Positions 27,795 through 41,953 are shown, counted from the stretch's first letter. The stretch is DNA of 64,000 nt from Octopus vulgaris (GCA_951406725.2 OX597821.1:74152001-74216000); one strand, 5' to 3'. Made by a program: numbers and translations. The notes: generated by a model from the letters alone, not told the origin.

Positions 27795-27985
27795 TGTCTT
27801 TTACCTGTTCCAGTCATTAGACTGCGGCCATGCTGGGGCACCACATTGAAGAATTTTAGTCGAAAGAATCGAGCGCAGTACTTATTTTATCGGTCATTTT
27901 TGCCAAACCACTGAGTTACATGGACGTAAACATATCAAAACTAGTTGTCAACTGGTAGTGGGGTACATACACAGACACAAAGGCA
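27795..27985 (-). mobile_element. 3' half of SINE family 1 (diverged)
   Basis: CAGTCATTAGACTGCGGCCATGCTGGGGCACC...GACGTAAAC. Confidence 0.75.
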
Positions 27986-27994
27986 CACACAAAA

Positions 27995-28050
<56 letters not shown>

Positions 28051-28130
28051 ATGTGTGTGTGTGCATGCGAGTGTATGTATGTGTGAGGCACAATGGCTCA
28101 GTGGTTAGGGCAGCGGACTCGCAGTTGTGT

Positions 28131-29137
28131 CGTGGGACGTGGTCTAGCACTCGCATCACCAGTTCAAATGTGGTCGGATATCGATGGAAACTGCTCCCAT
28201 TCCTGGACGACCACATTCCGCCGTTGATGATGACACCGTCCATAAAGTGGAAGCCGCCATTTTGGAGGATCGCTGCCTAACTATTCAACAACTAATCCAA
28301 CAAGTGAAGATAAGTGTAGGGTCCGTGGAAAAAAATCCCTCACGACCATTTGCACATGCGGAAGTTGTCTGTACGATGGATTCCCCGGATGCTCACACCT
28401 TTTCAGAAGCAGGAACGAGTCAATTGGTCCCAGGATATTTTGGCAATGTGCCAAGAATACGAGGAAGACCTTTTCGACAGACATATCATACAGGATGAAA
28501 CATGGGTCCATCACTGTGTTCCTGAGACTAAATTCTAGTCGAAGAAATGGAAGCATGATAACACACTACCTCCAAAGAAGGCTTGTGTCCAACCCTCAAC
28601 AGCCAGAGTGATGCTCACAGTTTTTTGGGACCAGCGTGGAGAAGTGATGATGGATTTTCTAGCAAAGGACACCACAATTAACGTGGCATATGCTTCCCTG
28701 CTGCAGAAATTGCGGGACACTATCAAAGCAGAGAGGCGTGACATGCTGCCCAAAGGAGTCAGCCTCCTCCAAAACAACGCCCCGATTTACAATGCGCATG
28801 TTACCCAGATGAAAGCACATTCCTGCGGCTATGAAATCCTTCCTCATCTCCCTTACTCTCCTGACCTTGCACCATCTGACTTCCAACTCTTTCCAACCAT
28901 GAACTCTTTTTTGAAAGGGAAGCACATTTTGGATGACGATGGACTTATTTCCGAGGTAAAGTGTTGACTCCAGACGCAACCTACCGATATCTACAGACGA
29001 GGTCCTCACAGCTGCATAAAGCCATAGGAGAAGTGTGTCACCATTGGTGGTGGCCATGTAGAGAAGGACTAATAATTATGTCGTTTTGTTTATCCCAGTC
29101 CTTGGGAAGTGGGTCAGGGGAAATCTTTAATGGACAT
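28131..29137 (+). mobile_element. Mariner (DD34D) transposase pseudogene, 5' truncated
   Basis: ORF pieces 28184-28498, 28350-28538 and 28608-28967: RWIPRMLT, QDETWVHH, VMLTVFWD, QNNAP (D changed to N), PHLPYSPDLAPSDFQLF; frameshifts and stops. Confidence 0.9.
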
Positions 29138-29225
29138 GTATGTATGTGTGTATGTGTGTGTGAGTGTATTTATATGTAGCGTATGTGTAGCGTGAGTGTG
29201 TGTATGTGTAGCTAGTTAGTAATTG

Positions 29226-29585
29226 TGAAGCACAATGGCCCAGTGGTTAGGGCAGCGGAATCGCGGTCGTAGGATCGCGGTTTCGATTCCCAGACCGGGC
29301 GTTGTGAGTGTTTATTAAGCGAAAACACCTAAAGTTGCTCCAGCAGGGGGCACTGGCGAACCCTGCTGCACTCTTTCACCACAACCTTCTCTCACACTTT
29401 CTTCCTGTTTCTGTTACCTGTATTTCAGCCTTGTCACACTCTGTGTCACGCTGAATCTCCCCGAGAACTACGTTAAGGTTACACGTGTCTGAGGAGTGCT
29501 CAGCCACTTGCTTGTTAATTTCACGAGCAGGCTGTTCCGTTGATCAGATCAACTGGAACCCTCGTCGTCGTACCGACGAAGTGCC
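29226..29585 (+). mobile_element. SINE family 2, full length
   Basis: TGGCCCAGTGGTTAGG A box, GGTTTCGATTCCC B box; ends CGTCGTCGTACCGACGAAGTGCC. Confidence 0.9.
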
Positions 29586-29878
29586 ATGGCGATACTCTTA
29601 CAAGTATATAATTGCTCTTTATTTCGTTTAATAAGTGAAAATATTTCACTTACAGATAAAGCGTGAACGTACACTAAAATATTTATTGCTTTACTATACC
29701 CCTGTGACTTAGGGTTTCTCACAAACAACCTTTAAACAGACGAAGTTTGTTACGTACAGCAATAAAGCAGGGAAACTAGTCTTTTAAATACTTCAGGGAG
29801 ATCATAAATTCAGATGTCAGCGACTAAGTCGTAGATTCACAAGAGAAAACTTCATTAAAAACACGCATCCATCCATCC

Positions 29879-29911
<33 letters not shown>

Positions 29912-30836
29912 TGTATGTATGTATGTATGTATGTATGTATGTATGTATGTATGTATGTATGTATGTATGTATGTATGTATGTATGTATGTATAAGGCTCC
30001 TTCATTGGAATTTCAACATCAACAACGTAGTATTTTTTATGTATGTATGTATGTATGTATGTATGTATGTATGTATGTATGTATGTATGTATGTATGTAT
30101 GTATTTTATTTTGTGTATGTCTTCTTATGCATAAAGTTGCATGTCTAGATATGCTCATATATATTTAAATGAAAGACTTCTGGAAAGTTTCACAGAATTA
30201 TTCAGTTCCAATGATGGATTGGATCTGTAGTCTTCGAATCAGTTTTCTCCTTTCTGGTCTTGAGAAACCTAATTTCTAAAGACTGTATGTATGTATGTAT
30301 GTATGTATGTATGTATGTATGTATGTATGTATGTATGTATGTATGTATGTATGTATGTATGTATGTATGTATGGACGGATCGTGTTCTAGAACCTACTCA
30401 CCTAAAGGTGTGCAGGTACACCGCTATTCCTGGATTATATTAATTCAAAAATGTGTGTAATATGCTTAAAATTCAGCAATAACAGGGTAATACTTAGACA
30501 CAGAAATACTTGTTGTGACTTTGAATAAAGCCACATCATTTCAACTTCTCGTATAAAAATTCCTCTGTATAAACTCTTCGGATATCCACGGATTTCCACA
30601 GGTATACCCAGTAAAAAACGTCCCAATGTATGATAGCATTTGGTAGCCGATATCCGCAGAGAAGCTTTGAAGAGCAGGCTGTAGGTTTATTACCCAGATA
30701 ATATTGTGTGTGTGTATTTGTATAAATGTATGTATCATGCATGCCTGTATGTGAATGTATGTATATATAACTGTGAGTGCGTGTGTGTATTTGTAGTTAT
30801 GTATGCATACGTATGCATGCATGTGTATGTGTATAT

Positions 30837-30867
<31 letters not shown>

Positions 30868-30869
30868 TA

Positions 30870-30902
<33 letters not shown>

Positions 30903-32059
30903 TAGTGAGAGAGTGAGAGAAATTACGATAAGCACAAGGTTATACTATTTGTTCTCGACGTACGTTTCACCATTGTGGCTGTTTGGAATTCTGTATGGGA
31001 TTTTCCTACAACAGGTAGATGCTTAGCCACTACGGCTGTTCTCCACTGTTTCAAATAACCACAATAATAAAACGTACATAGGAACAAATAACAACAACAA
31101 CAAATGTTTATCGTAACTATACAACTCATAAGAATTTGTCATTTAAGTACGAAGTTCTCAATTTTTTAGAGGACAAGTTGGGCGATTATATCGTTCCTTG
31201 TGCTTTAGTGCTATTTTATTTTATCAACCCCAAAAGTATAAAAAGCAAATTTGATCTCAGCGCAATTTGAACCCGGAACGTAAAGATCCATAACAAACAC
31301 CGTAAAGAGAATTTATCCGAAGATTTAACGACTTTACAAATCCTCCCCTCCTATACAACAACTTTAATGCTAGCTATTATGTTTAACCTCATCATGTCTG
31401 TCTTCTTTCTCACGCCGCTTTTCTCTCCATACACACATATTTCTCACGCCCATTCTTTGTTCTCTCTCAACCATTTTCTCTATTGTGTATACAATCGTAT
31501 CAATCTATTTGTGTATTCTAAGTCGAACTTTGTGAAACTGCGCCGTGTGTTGAATATTTCTAGCAGGCCGATCACTAAGTTAAAACGTTTCTGAAGTGAG
31601 CGACTATAACAATGTAAAGGACTTCTTTTAGACAAATATGGCGTTTTCTTCGATAATTTCATCTCTAACAATCATTTACAAGATATACATACACGCATAA
31701 CCGAACTGAGCTTTTTCAACTTCCTTTGGCGTACTTTTTTACTATATAAATACATACATACATACATACATACATACATACATACATACATTCATACCAC
31801 ATCCGTACATATACAAAAAGCATTTGAAAGCAAAATAAACTGGGTACAGTTAACATAGAGCTGTGCTCAAATGGAGGGAAACTTAAACTCCAGCCACGTC
31901 ATCTACGGCCGGCGACTCTGCAGGTAAAGTCGACCATACGAACAATCATTATCTGTTGTGGAAATAGTAAAGTAGATAAACATATGTAAAGTTCGAGACG
32001 AATATTTACAAGGAGCACAAAAATTATACAGTAAAATACAAAGAGAACAAAAGAACAGG

Positions 32060-32555
32060 ATTTGATCGACTTCATATGTCTAGTATTTGTCACGTGATAT
32101 CTCCATCTAGTGTCTGCTTGCACATTTAACTGTTTTCTTCGCTTCCTCACACCCTTTTGTATATGTAGACAATGCTAGAAGATACTCATTTCCACCTTCT
32201 TCTTGAGAAGGGACATCTAAGAACAGAAAAATCCTGTAAAGTTTTATCTCAATAGCTGTTTGGCCATAACTTACGTAACAGCCATCTTCATATGAAATTT
32301 GGGTCCTGCCCAAAGTGGCGATGAGAATTTTAAACCGACTTAGGTGTCCTTTCTCGAGAGCAAGACGGGAGAGAAATGCATGTCTCCTATCAACATTTAC
32401 AAATATAAAAGGAGAGCAGAGGGAAATGGTGAAGGAGTGATGAAGAGGAATGAGGAAGCGAAGAAAACAGTAAAAATGCAAGAAGTGGTTCATGGGAGAC
32501 ACTAGTTGAAGATATTGCGTGACAAAGACTAGACATAGAATCGATTAAAATAATT
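32060..32555. repeat. Inverted repeat (~90-100 bp arms) around a ~300 bp spacer, MITE-like
   Basis: CTGTTTTCTTCGCTTCCTCA (32130-32149) vs TGAGGAAGCGAAGAAAACAG (32451-32470); ATGTCTAGT.TTTGTCACG vs CGTGACAAAGACTAGACAT. Confidence 0.7.
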
Positions 32556-32677
32556 GCTCGCCGGAAAAATATTGACACTTCTAAAGAGCTGTGGGGTCGT
32601 AAATGCATTTATATATATATATACAAACATACACACATATATGTATATATGTATACATATACATATATATATGTACA

Positions 32678-32730
<53 letters not shown>

Positions 32731-32733
<3 letters not shown>

Positions 32734-32895
32734 GTTGAAATTTACAGAAAAGCAAAAAACAAAGACAGGTGTATTAGCTCGGGAAAGTGAGAAAGTCTTT
32801 TACGTTTCGAGTCTACGCTCTTCGACAGAAAGGAACACGAGGAAATAAACAGAGAGAGAATAAAAGAAACTTTTGGAGCTAGCAGTCTGTCATGG
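32731..32895 (-). mobile_element. Penelope-like family A copy with hammerhead motif at 32797-32832
   Basis: Minus strand CUUU-CUGUCGA-A-GAGC(GUAG)ACUC-GAAA-CGU-A-AAAG; tail abuts (TA)n. Confidence 0.7.
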
Positions 32896-34349
32896 TATAC
32901 ATGAATGAATGAATATGTGCATATACATATATACACCGTGCGCAGAAACACCACACGTACATTATGTTTAAATAAAAGCGGGCTCAATGGGAACGAAAGT
33001 TGGACCCAAGTTTGCAACCTCTAGTGATGAGGTTCTTAGGATAAAGATATATATGTCCGAAACAGGATCCAATTTGATCCACTTTTATAAGTAATGAAAC
33101 AGATTCTTGGTTGACTCTTCCGTATTTTCGAACATGTGTAAGGAAGACTTCACAAGATCCCTCAAATCAATCGATAAGCCTTCACGAATCGTTCAAATCA
33201 ATCGATAGAAATGAATTGAAAGGGAACCTCTTTCCGGGACATTCTGGCAATTTTGGACGATGATATTATTACTCTTGATCTCAATTGAAAGGATATAGAT
33301 ACACAGATACCGAGGCACTGCGGCTTTAAATCTTGTTATACATCTAAGAGAAATATCCCATTTAATGTTGGAAGAGACATATGTAAAGTAATTCAGGGCC
33401 AGATAGATGCAAGGGACCACACATAGGGCTAATTGTACTCCTTCAGTGGTAAAAATAGCCGAAAACCGTAATGAAGAATGTCATAACTACATTAAAAGAA
33501 TTTAACTTCCTGAATTACGGAGAAAATTAGAGAATGTATTTTGTTAGAACTGTATTTTAACAAAGAACATTTTGAGACATGTTCTCTAGTAAAAATGGGC
33601 AGAAATTTTAAGCATCAATCAAAGACGACACACTTACAGCATGTCTCCAACTATCCCCATCTGACACTACTTTTGAAAATCAGGAAATTCTAAAACCGAT
33701 TAAGTTAATCTAAATAAATCTTCCTAAAGACCGCAAGGGCATTTTCGCCTGTATTTCTTTATATTCCGCTCGTATAAAATATCTTATTTTCTTGTGTGCG
33801 CGGACTCTGAGTTTGTGATCGTAAAGAATAAAGAAGCTGTATAATGTGACGGGGAAAATAATTTGATAGAAGAAATAAGAGTACAGAAGGGAAATACAAC
33901 CTGTGAGAGAAATGAGAAATAGAAAAACAAATCAGAAAAAAGAAGAAAATAGAAAATAAGACAAAAATAGGAAGAAAGTATACGTAAATAACATAAAGAA
34001 AAGAACAACACTGAATGAATAATCTAGAAGGAGAGTTAAATTTAAAAACTGCTGATTAAAATTGTTGAAAATACTAAAATATTCTAAAAATGACAATTTC
34101 TAAAAAGAGATTAAAATGGTGAATAATATATGCTGATTAACATGTTAAAATTAGTTTATGCAATTTAAAATAATCTAAAACGTTTTAGTTAAACTGTAGA
34201 GAAATTTGAAATATCTATGTTGTTGCGAACAATGGTGTACCAAAAATATAGAAATAGCAAAAATTTAGGCGATTGCTACTATGACATGAACGAGTTAGTC
34301 GTTGGTTTAAAATTACTGAGAAATGAATAGCCAAAGATGGAATAAATAT

Positions 34350-34930
34350 TTCTACTAAAGACAGAAGGTCTGAAATTTGGGGGGAGGGGGCTGGTCGATT
34401 ACATCGACCCCACTGTTTCAATGGTACTTAATTTGTCAACCCGGAAATGGTGAAAGGGAAAGATGGACGAAATACTGCGAAGCATTTTGTTCGGTGTGCA
34501 AACAGCCGAAGATAAAATATAGGTAAATGAAATATAGACTAAAACGGGTTTTTGAAAAATATTTAATTAAAGGTAATTAAACGAGAAATGTTAAAAGTAA
34601 TAAAAATAGTATTAATCCTTTCTACTATAGGCACAAGGCCTGTAATTTAGGGGAGGGGAACAGTTCATTACATCGACCCTAGTACTTAGCTGGTACTTAT
34701 TTTATTTACCACGAAAGGATGAAAGACAAAGTCAACGACGGCAGAAAGGCAAAGACGGACAAAATGCCGCCGTTAATCATTTCGTCCGGCGTCCTAACTT
34801 TTCTGCCAGCTCGTCGCCTTTAACATGTCAAATATTCTTTTCTATTATACGCACAAGGCCCGAAAATATTGAGTAGGGCATCAGTCGATTAGTTCGACCT
34901 CAGTACACAACTGGTACTCAATTTATCGAC
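34350..34930 (-). mobile_element. Three clustered SINE family 3 copies
   Basis: Recurrent GCACAAGGCC...TACATCGACCC...TGGTACTT at ~34360, ~34630 and ~34850. Confidence 0.75.
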
Positions 34931-35366
34931 CATGCACGACATGGTGATCTCATATAAAGATAAACAGCGCATGATCATGCAAGTGGGGTCCAGTTAGTAT
35001 TTTCGTCAGGTCGAGTAGCCCATCCCACTCAAAAGGTCTTTGAAAAACGGTTGTTTAAGGATGATGAACAAATCACATATTTTGAGAGGGGAATTATCCA
35101 AACCCCAAATAATTCCTCTCAACACATGGCTAAGACGCTCCCGTACTACTTCTGCTCGTGATCAGAGATGCACATATCGTCGGTCACTAAGGGACAGGCT
35201 CAACTGGTTATGGTCAAACAACTGACCATCAAATCTGTGATATTGAGTAAAATATATGTTGTAGCCCATCTTTTATACCAAGACAAAACAAATGTACATG
35301 ACAGCACTTCCAATCAGTTAAGATCAGAAGCCATGAGAGCCACTGTCTGGTACTGCATCAGGGCAT
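34931..35366 (+). mobile_element. Probable LINE 3' UTR fragment ending in (ATT)n/(GTT)n
   Basis: Complex sequence ending ...GGTACTGCATCAGGGCATTT followed directly by a trinucleotide tail; family assignment is inferred. Confidence 0.45.
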
Positions 35367-35376
35367 TTATTATTAA

Positions 35377-35425
<49 letters not shown>

Positions 35426-37180
35426 GTTGTTGTTGTTGTTGTTTTTGTTGTTGTTGTTGTTATTATTATTATGTTAAACAAGAATTTCATAACTGTAGTT
35501 CCCGTGACCAAAATTTAAGACTCCGATGTTCGCTTCAATTTGATGAATAGAGGAAAAGAGTTATAACACTTGCTTGTATGCATTTCACTTCCCTACAGCA
35601 CTGCTAACTAATGATTGCTGATGGAGACCATCATCATTTACCTCAGATTTCGGAGTATATTTTAGTGCTATTTAATCAACATCACACTTTTAATGTTTCT
35701 GCAGTTTCTCTATAAATCGGTTTGTTTCTAAGACGCAATATCCATCCTACATTGACAGATGCACGAAAGATTTATTACGCATTTACACTGAATTAACACT
35801 GGAAACTGACCCCGTCACTAAGTGACATACAACAGTAAACTGTGATATATTTAGTTTAACATGCTGTTACTTTAGACTTCTTTTCTCCCATTGTAATTAT
35901 AGATAAAAATCATTTAAAATGGAACAGACATTTCTTTCTTTTTTTTTTTCTGGCAGGACATAAAGTTTGTGTATTTGAAGAAAGAGAAAAATGCCAAGTT
36001 TTGTGTTCATAGCTTGAAATGAGGATTGAAAATCTCGTTGAGATCCAAGTCTGTTGAGAGCTTTCTACTTACTCTATGATCCGTGTCACAATAAATTACC
36101 GACATATTGGATATAGGAACTTGTAAGGTAGGCAATCATATTATTAGGTGGAACACATCCAGGTGTAATTGTCAAATCAACAAACATCAATAAAATATAT
36201 TTGCCGACCAACTTGAAACCAGCTGTCACAATCAAATGTCATATTTTCATGAAATACTTCTTCCTTATTTACATTTCGCTACCAAGCAGGCCATAATTTG
36301 ACTTGACGATTTCCGAATGTCATCTATTTGACTTCAGCGCTAATAATACTTCAACGAAAATTTCGGATTTCGATTTCAGAGCCAGAACAGCGTTTAGCTC
36401 TGCACAGCTGCTATTCCGTGTCTTGGAATAAAGATATTCATTAAGTTATTAAAAGTTTATATAACAAATAGCTCTGAACTCTTTTGCTGCTCATCAAACG
36501 GGCCCTATTACCCTGAATTAACTGGCCTCAATTATCGCCAACTGTAAACGTCAAGTGTTATCATTATGTAGGGTATGCAGCTACAAAAGATAAGAGAAAT
36601 AAATGGGACTTATCCGATTTTGCTGCAACTCTCACGGCATTAAAACTAATTTTACTTTCGGGTTCTTAAGTAATCTACACCAATGTGTAAAAACTGATTC
36701 AAGAGATGATATGTAAATACTAGAAACCATATTGCTCAAATGATGGCATAAGTGAATAAGAAAAAAACAACAGTATTGGTGAATCTCCTATAGCACTGAT
36801 GCCAATACTGTTAAATGATAAGTGAATCTAGCATAGACGGTGGGTTTTGATTCGATTTTCGTTGTGAGGGGGGGGTATTATAATACAGGTAACTTTGAGG
36901 TTCTATTTGTTATGTGAGGTAATTCCATCAAGCATTCGATAATTTATTTATAATTTAGTAAATTTTTGTCAGTAAAAGACTACATGGAAAGTAAATCTTG
37001 CGGTGGAAAAAACCCCCCACAAAATACTCTATATACAGGAAAAAATTCTAATCTTGAGCGCTTAAAATCGAAATGAATTCCAGCAAATCTTGATGCAGCC
37101 AACCGGGAGGCACTTCTCTAAACCAAACCAGTTAACGAGGAGGACGCCTGTAGCGGATCATTGGACATGACAGAAATAGT

Positions 37181-37218
<38 letters not shown>

Positions 37219-37227
37219 CGTGTGAGT

Positions 37228-37590
37228 GGAGGCGCAATAGCCCAGTGTTTAGGGCAGTGGACTCGCGGTCGTAGGATCGCGGATTCGATTCCCAGACCGG
37301 GCGTTGTGAGTGTTTATTGAGCAAAAACACCTAAGGATCCACGAGGCTCTGACAGGGGGTGGTGGCGAACCCCGCTGTACTCTTTCATCACAACTATCTT
37401 TTACTCTTTCTTCCTGTTTCTGTTGTACCTGTATTTCAAAGGACCAGCCTTTTCACACTGTGACACGCTGAATCTCTCCGAGAACCGTCTGTGGAGTGCT
37501 CAGCCACTTCGACGTTAATTTCACGAGCAGGCTGTTCCGATGATCGGATGATCAACTGGAACCCTCGTCGCCGTAACCGACGGAGTGCCA
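37228..37590 (+). mobile_element. SINE family 2, full length
   Basis: Collinear with 29226-29585. Confidence 0.9.
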
Positions 37591-38407
37591 CGATGTGTAC
37601 CTATACATATGTGTTTGCATACACACATATATCACTTTCTCTGTGTGCACCCTCGTCGATACTTAGACCCACAAACATATAGATAGACCTACATAGACAT
37701 GTATGTATGCGTACGTACGTGTATGTGTGTGTGTACGTGCGTGTAAATGCAAATAGAGCGCCTGAACGAGAAAGAAAGTGAGTATTCAATACATGTTGTA
37801 GGTTTGCTTTTTTTTAAAACAATTTATTTACTGGAAGATAATGCTTCACTTAAGATTTGCATATGAGTAGAAATGAGTGGTGGATACTATTATCTAGTTT
37901 GATGTTTTTCCCCTCTTTAACTTCGATAGAAACCGCCAAATGACGGTTGTGTCGAAACTAATTTGCATAAATTTTTACAAACCCATTATGTTGTTCATTG
38001 TTTGTGTTTTCCCATACGGTAAGAATTCAGTTTTATTTTCGCTCTATAGACACCCCAGCTTATGCTAATTCTCCGCACAAAATCTCCCATGTCATTCACG
38101 CAAGACTCACATGCCTAATGTTCTGCTTTCTTTTTCAGTGTCCGAACGACATAAAAGCTGTAAGCATAAGTTACAAAGACGTTTCTCCAAAGCCACTGTT
38201 TGCTGGTTTAGATTCTGTTATTTACTGGCGTACTCTTAGTTCACCTAGAAAGGGCAACGGAACTGGCTGTTGCCGGTTTTCCAAAACAAACCCCCTAGTA
38301 TACAGAAAAGGATACACGTTATATATATATATATGTAGGGAAGAGAGAGAGGGGAGAGAAAGGGAGACGTAAGAATAAGTACATAAATGTATATATGTGA
38401 GTGTGTG

Positions 38408-38451
<44 letters not shown>

Positions 38452-39047
38452 TATGTGTGTGTATGGATATATCACATTTCTTCTTTTATTCATTTTTTTG
38501 TTCGTTATGATATGTGGTTTGTGTCTGATGGATATATTTGAGATATTTCACGACATGAAACTAATAGCGGCATTAGAAACATGTATTGTATCCTCGAAAT
38601 AAATAACACACACACATACCCGTATGCATGTATGTCTATGTGTATGTATGTTTTTATATGAAATATACATAACGACAATTTCAGGTGAATTTGGAGAATT
38701 ACACAATATTTTTAAAATGGTATATATAGATTATTACAAAACCTTAATACTGACTTCAAATTTTCAGTTTGCCATCAGTGTCTGGTAAGCTTTGGTTCTT
38801 TCTGTCTTCATGTAACTTCTATCAGCGTTTTCATTTCGTAGAATATGAACGAGAATTAAGTGTAGAATAGCTTCACAAGGGAAGTGGATGTTTTGAAAGG
38901 GGTACAATGGAAACGAGGAAATGCGTGTTTGTATAGTGAAGGTAGAGAAAACAAGATTGTGCATAGAGTTATTCCGGTTTGATAGGAGACATATATATAT
39001 ATATATATATATATATAAATGTATGTATCTATCTATCTATCTCCCTA

Positions 39048-39111
<64 letters not shown>

Positions 39112-39494
39112 AATAAGTGCATAGATATAAACGCATATACCTACGTATATGAATATGCACGCGGTGAGGTCTGTTTGCATTTGTGTGTGTGTGTTTGTGT
39201 ATGAATTGACATGCACACGCCAGCTTGGGGCACAAAGAAAATTTATTTCAGAGAGAAACTATTTCTTATGAATTAAAAGTCTTCAATGTTTGAATTTAGA
39301 GGAAGAGAAATTGGAAGAGCCACAAAGTGAAACTTTTTAGAAAGTTTCACTTTCGAACTGTGCTTATGAAGTTCATCGAAGCAGGTGACATTTCTGAAAT
39401 TACAATTCCGACAGTAACATAGCCTCGTGCACCAATATCTTTAATTATAAAGGGAATTATATAATCGGAACCCAGTGTATTTATTACCTATTAC

Positions 39495-39994
39495 TTTTTA
39501 CTTGTTTCTGTCACTAAACCGCGACCATGCTGGGGCAACGCCTTCAGGAACTTTCTTGAGTCGAATGAATCGAACTGAATACTTATTTGTTAAGGCGTGG
39601 TACTTATTCTATCCGTTCCCTTTTGTCGAACCACCAGCTTACGGGGGAGTAAACACCGATTGACAAATGATAGTGGGGGGCAAACACACACACACTTACA
39701 TATATATATATATATATATATATCTTTTAAATTTGTTTATGGGAAACGTTTTCAATTTACAAATAAATTTCCTATTCTGTCGGTGCCCGTCTAATGATGC
39801 TGACTAATGAGTCAGCTTTTCGTAGTTGCATCAAGTTATACCGATATAATGTAGGATAAATATAATAATAATAACAATAATCCTTGGATGAAATTTATAA
39901 ACATTTAATGCATTTCTACGCGCGTTTCCACAAATCACAGGTCTCTTAAAATCAAAGTCCGTATTCCTCTGATGATTACAGTGTAGTCCGTAGT

Positions 39995-40037
<43 letters not shown>

Positions 40038-40220
40038 AATGTGAGGACGCATGGCTTAGTGGTTGGGTGTATATACGACTGGGTCCTTTCAGTTTATGAC
40101 GATCAAATCCACTCACGAGAAGCTTTGATCGGCCCAACGCTATGGTAGAAGGTGACGCGCAGTGGGATTGAACCTGGAAACATGTGGTTGGGAAGCAAAC
40201 ATTAACCACACAATCACACA
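39495..40220 (-). mobile_element. SINE family 1 split into 3' (39495-39690) and 5' (40075-40220) parts by an insertion in its internal microsatellite
   Basis: Both halves are collinear with 22365-22777; the intervening segment carries hammerhead remnants (ACGCGCGTTTC, CTGATGA). Confidence 0.6.
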
Positions 40221-40640
40221 TGTAGGAAATGCATACATCCACATGGCAGCTGAATTTGATGACAAAATCCTTTTCACATGAAAAATCACCATATCAGATT
40301 TATGTACATAACAGCAACTGAAATAAATTCTATAACATCGTTGTTCTGAGCTTCACCTTCTCTGCTTCGATACATAAGTATATAGAATTTTACAGGATGG
40401 ATAGGTCCATTGATAGATAAATGGAGAGATAGACAAAGAGACAGACGTACAACTAAACAGCTAGACAAATGAAATAGACAGACAGATAGGTAGATACATA
40501 AATAAAATCATACAGGCATCAGAGACGGATCAATAGCAAGATATACAGTACATATATATAAAGAGAGAGATGGATATATACAGTATAGATACAATATATA
40601 TATATATGTATATATGAATATATATATAAAAATAGATAGG

Positions 40641-40681
<41 letters not shown>

Positions 40682-40685
40682 CTAT

Positions 40686-40738
40686 CTGACTTGTCTTTTC
40701 ATATATATCAACTCGTGTGTTCCTTTTCATCCTTATAC

Positions 40739-40812
<74 letters not shown>

Positions 40813-40861
40813 AAGGATGAAAAGGAACACACGAGTTGATATATATGAAAAGACAAGTCAG
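40686..40861. repeat. Perfect 55-bp inverted repeat around (TA)n
   Basis: 40686-40740 is the exact reverse complement of 40807-40861. Confidence 0.95.
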
Positions 40862-40898
40862 GATGAAAAATGCTAAAATAATTTTATAAAGAACATTT

Positions 40899-40934
40899 CA
40901 GTACCGGTTTCATTCATTGAGACTTTTTCAACTG
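40899..40934 (-). ncRNA. Hammerhead motif, U3:A8 variant, weak stem II
   Basis: CAG-UUGAAAA-A-GUCUCAAUGAAU-GAA-ACCGGU-A-CUG. Confidence 0.5.
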
Positions 40935-41086
40935 TAACAATTAAATATTTAAATTTAGAAAAATTAAAAGAAAAGTTTTTTAAAAGAATATTTGTATAGT
41001 GTTCAAATATAAGCGGCATTTTCCTTGTTTCTGCCTGTCTCTGTCACTCTTGTTTACCCTTGTGGGTTCGAGGTCGTTGTGAATTC

Positions 41087-41117
<31 letters not shown>

Positions 41118-41160
41118 CTGCATATATCTATCTTTATATATATATATACATATATATGTG

Positions 41161-41235
<75 letters not shown>

Positions 41236-41530
41236 GTATATATGTAATCGAAAACGAAGAGGAGAGGGGAGAGATATTCACATCCAAAACTTTTATTACT
41301 AAGTTCTCTACTGCATTTATAGCAACGACCAACACATGTTTCTAGTGCAGCAACTGCACATTGCTCTTCATGCAATTATGCATCCTCGTCGCTGCAATTT
41401 TATCAAGAGTCCATCACTTACGACATTTTCAAAGTGAACTAATTCAAGCAAGCTACCTACGTTGGTATTTAGCTGAATTCTGGTCTTATAACATACATAC
41501 ATACTTATATATACAATACAAAGATACATT

Positions 41531-41593
<63 letters not shown>

Positions 41594-41916
41594 ATAGATA
41601 CATATATAGATATTAACATGACTGAATGCACACTTGCAGATATAGGTAAAGAGCATAGAATGTTACATACATACATAGAAGGAAAGAGCGGTACCTAGTG
41701 CATGGACAAGGAGAGATTTACATTAGTTTCAGCAGACAAGTTAAAGTGAGAGTTAGATAATAGTGCACACATATACTTAGCCAGCCTGCATATGTGGGAG
41801 ATAAATAGAGAGGCAGACAGACATACAAGTAGATAGATGGACAGGTAGACAGAAAGACAGAAAGACATATAGATAGATAGATAGATAGACAGATAAAGAG
41901 GTAGACAGACATAAAT

Positions 41917-41953
<37 letters not shown>

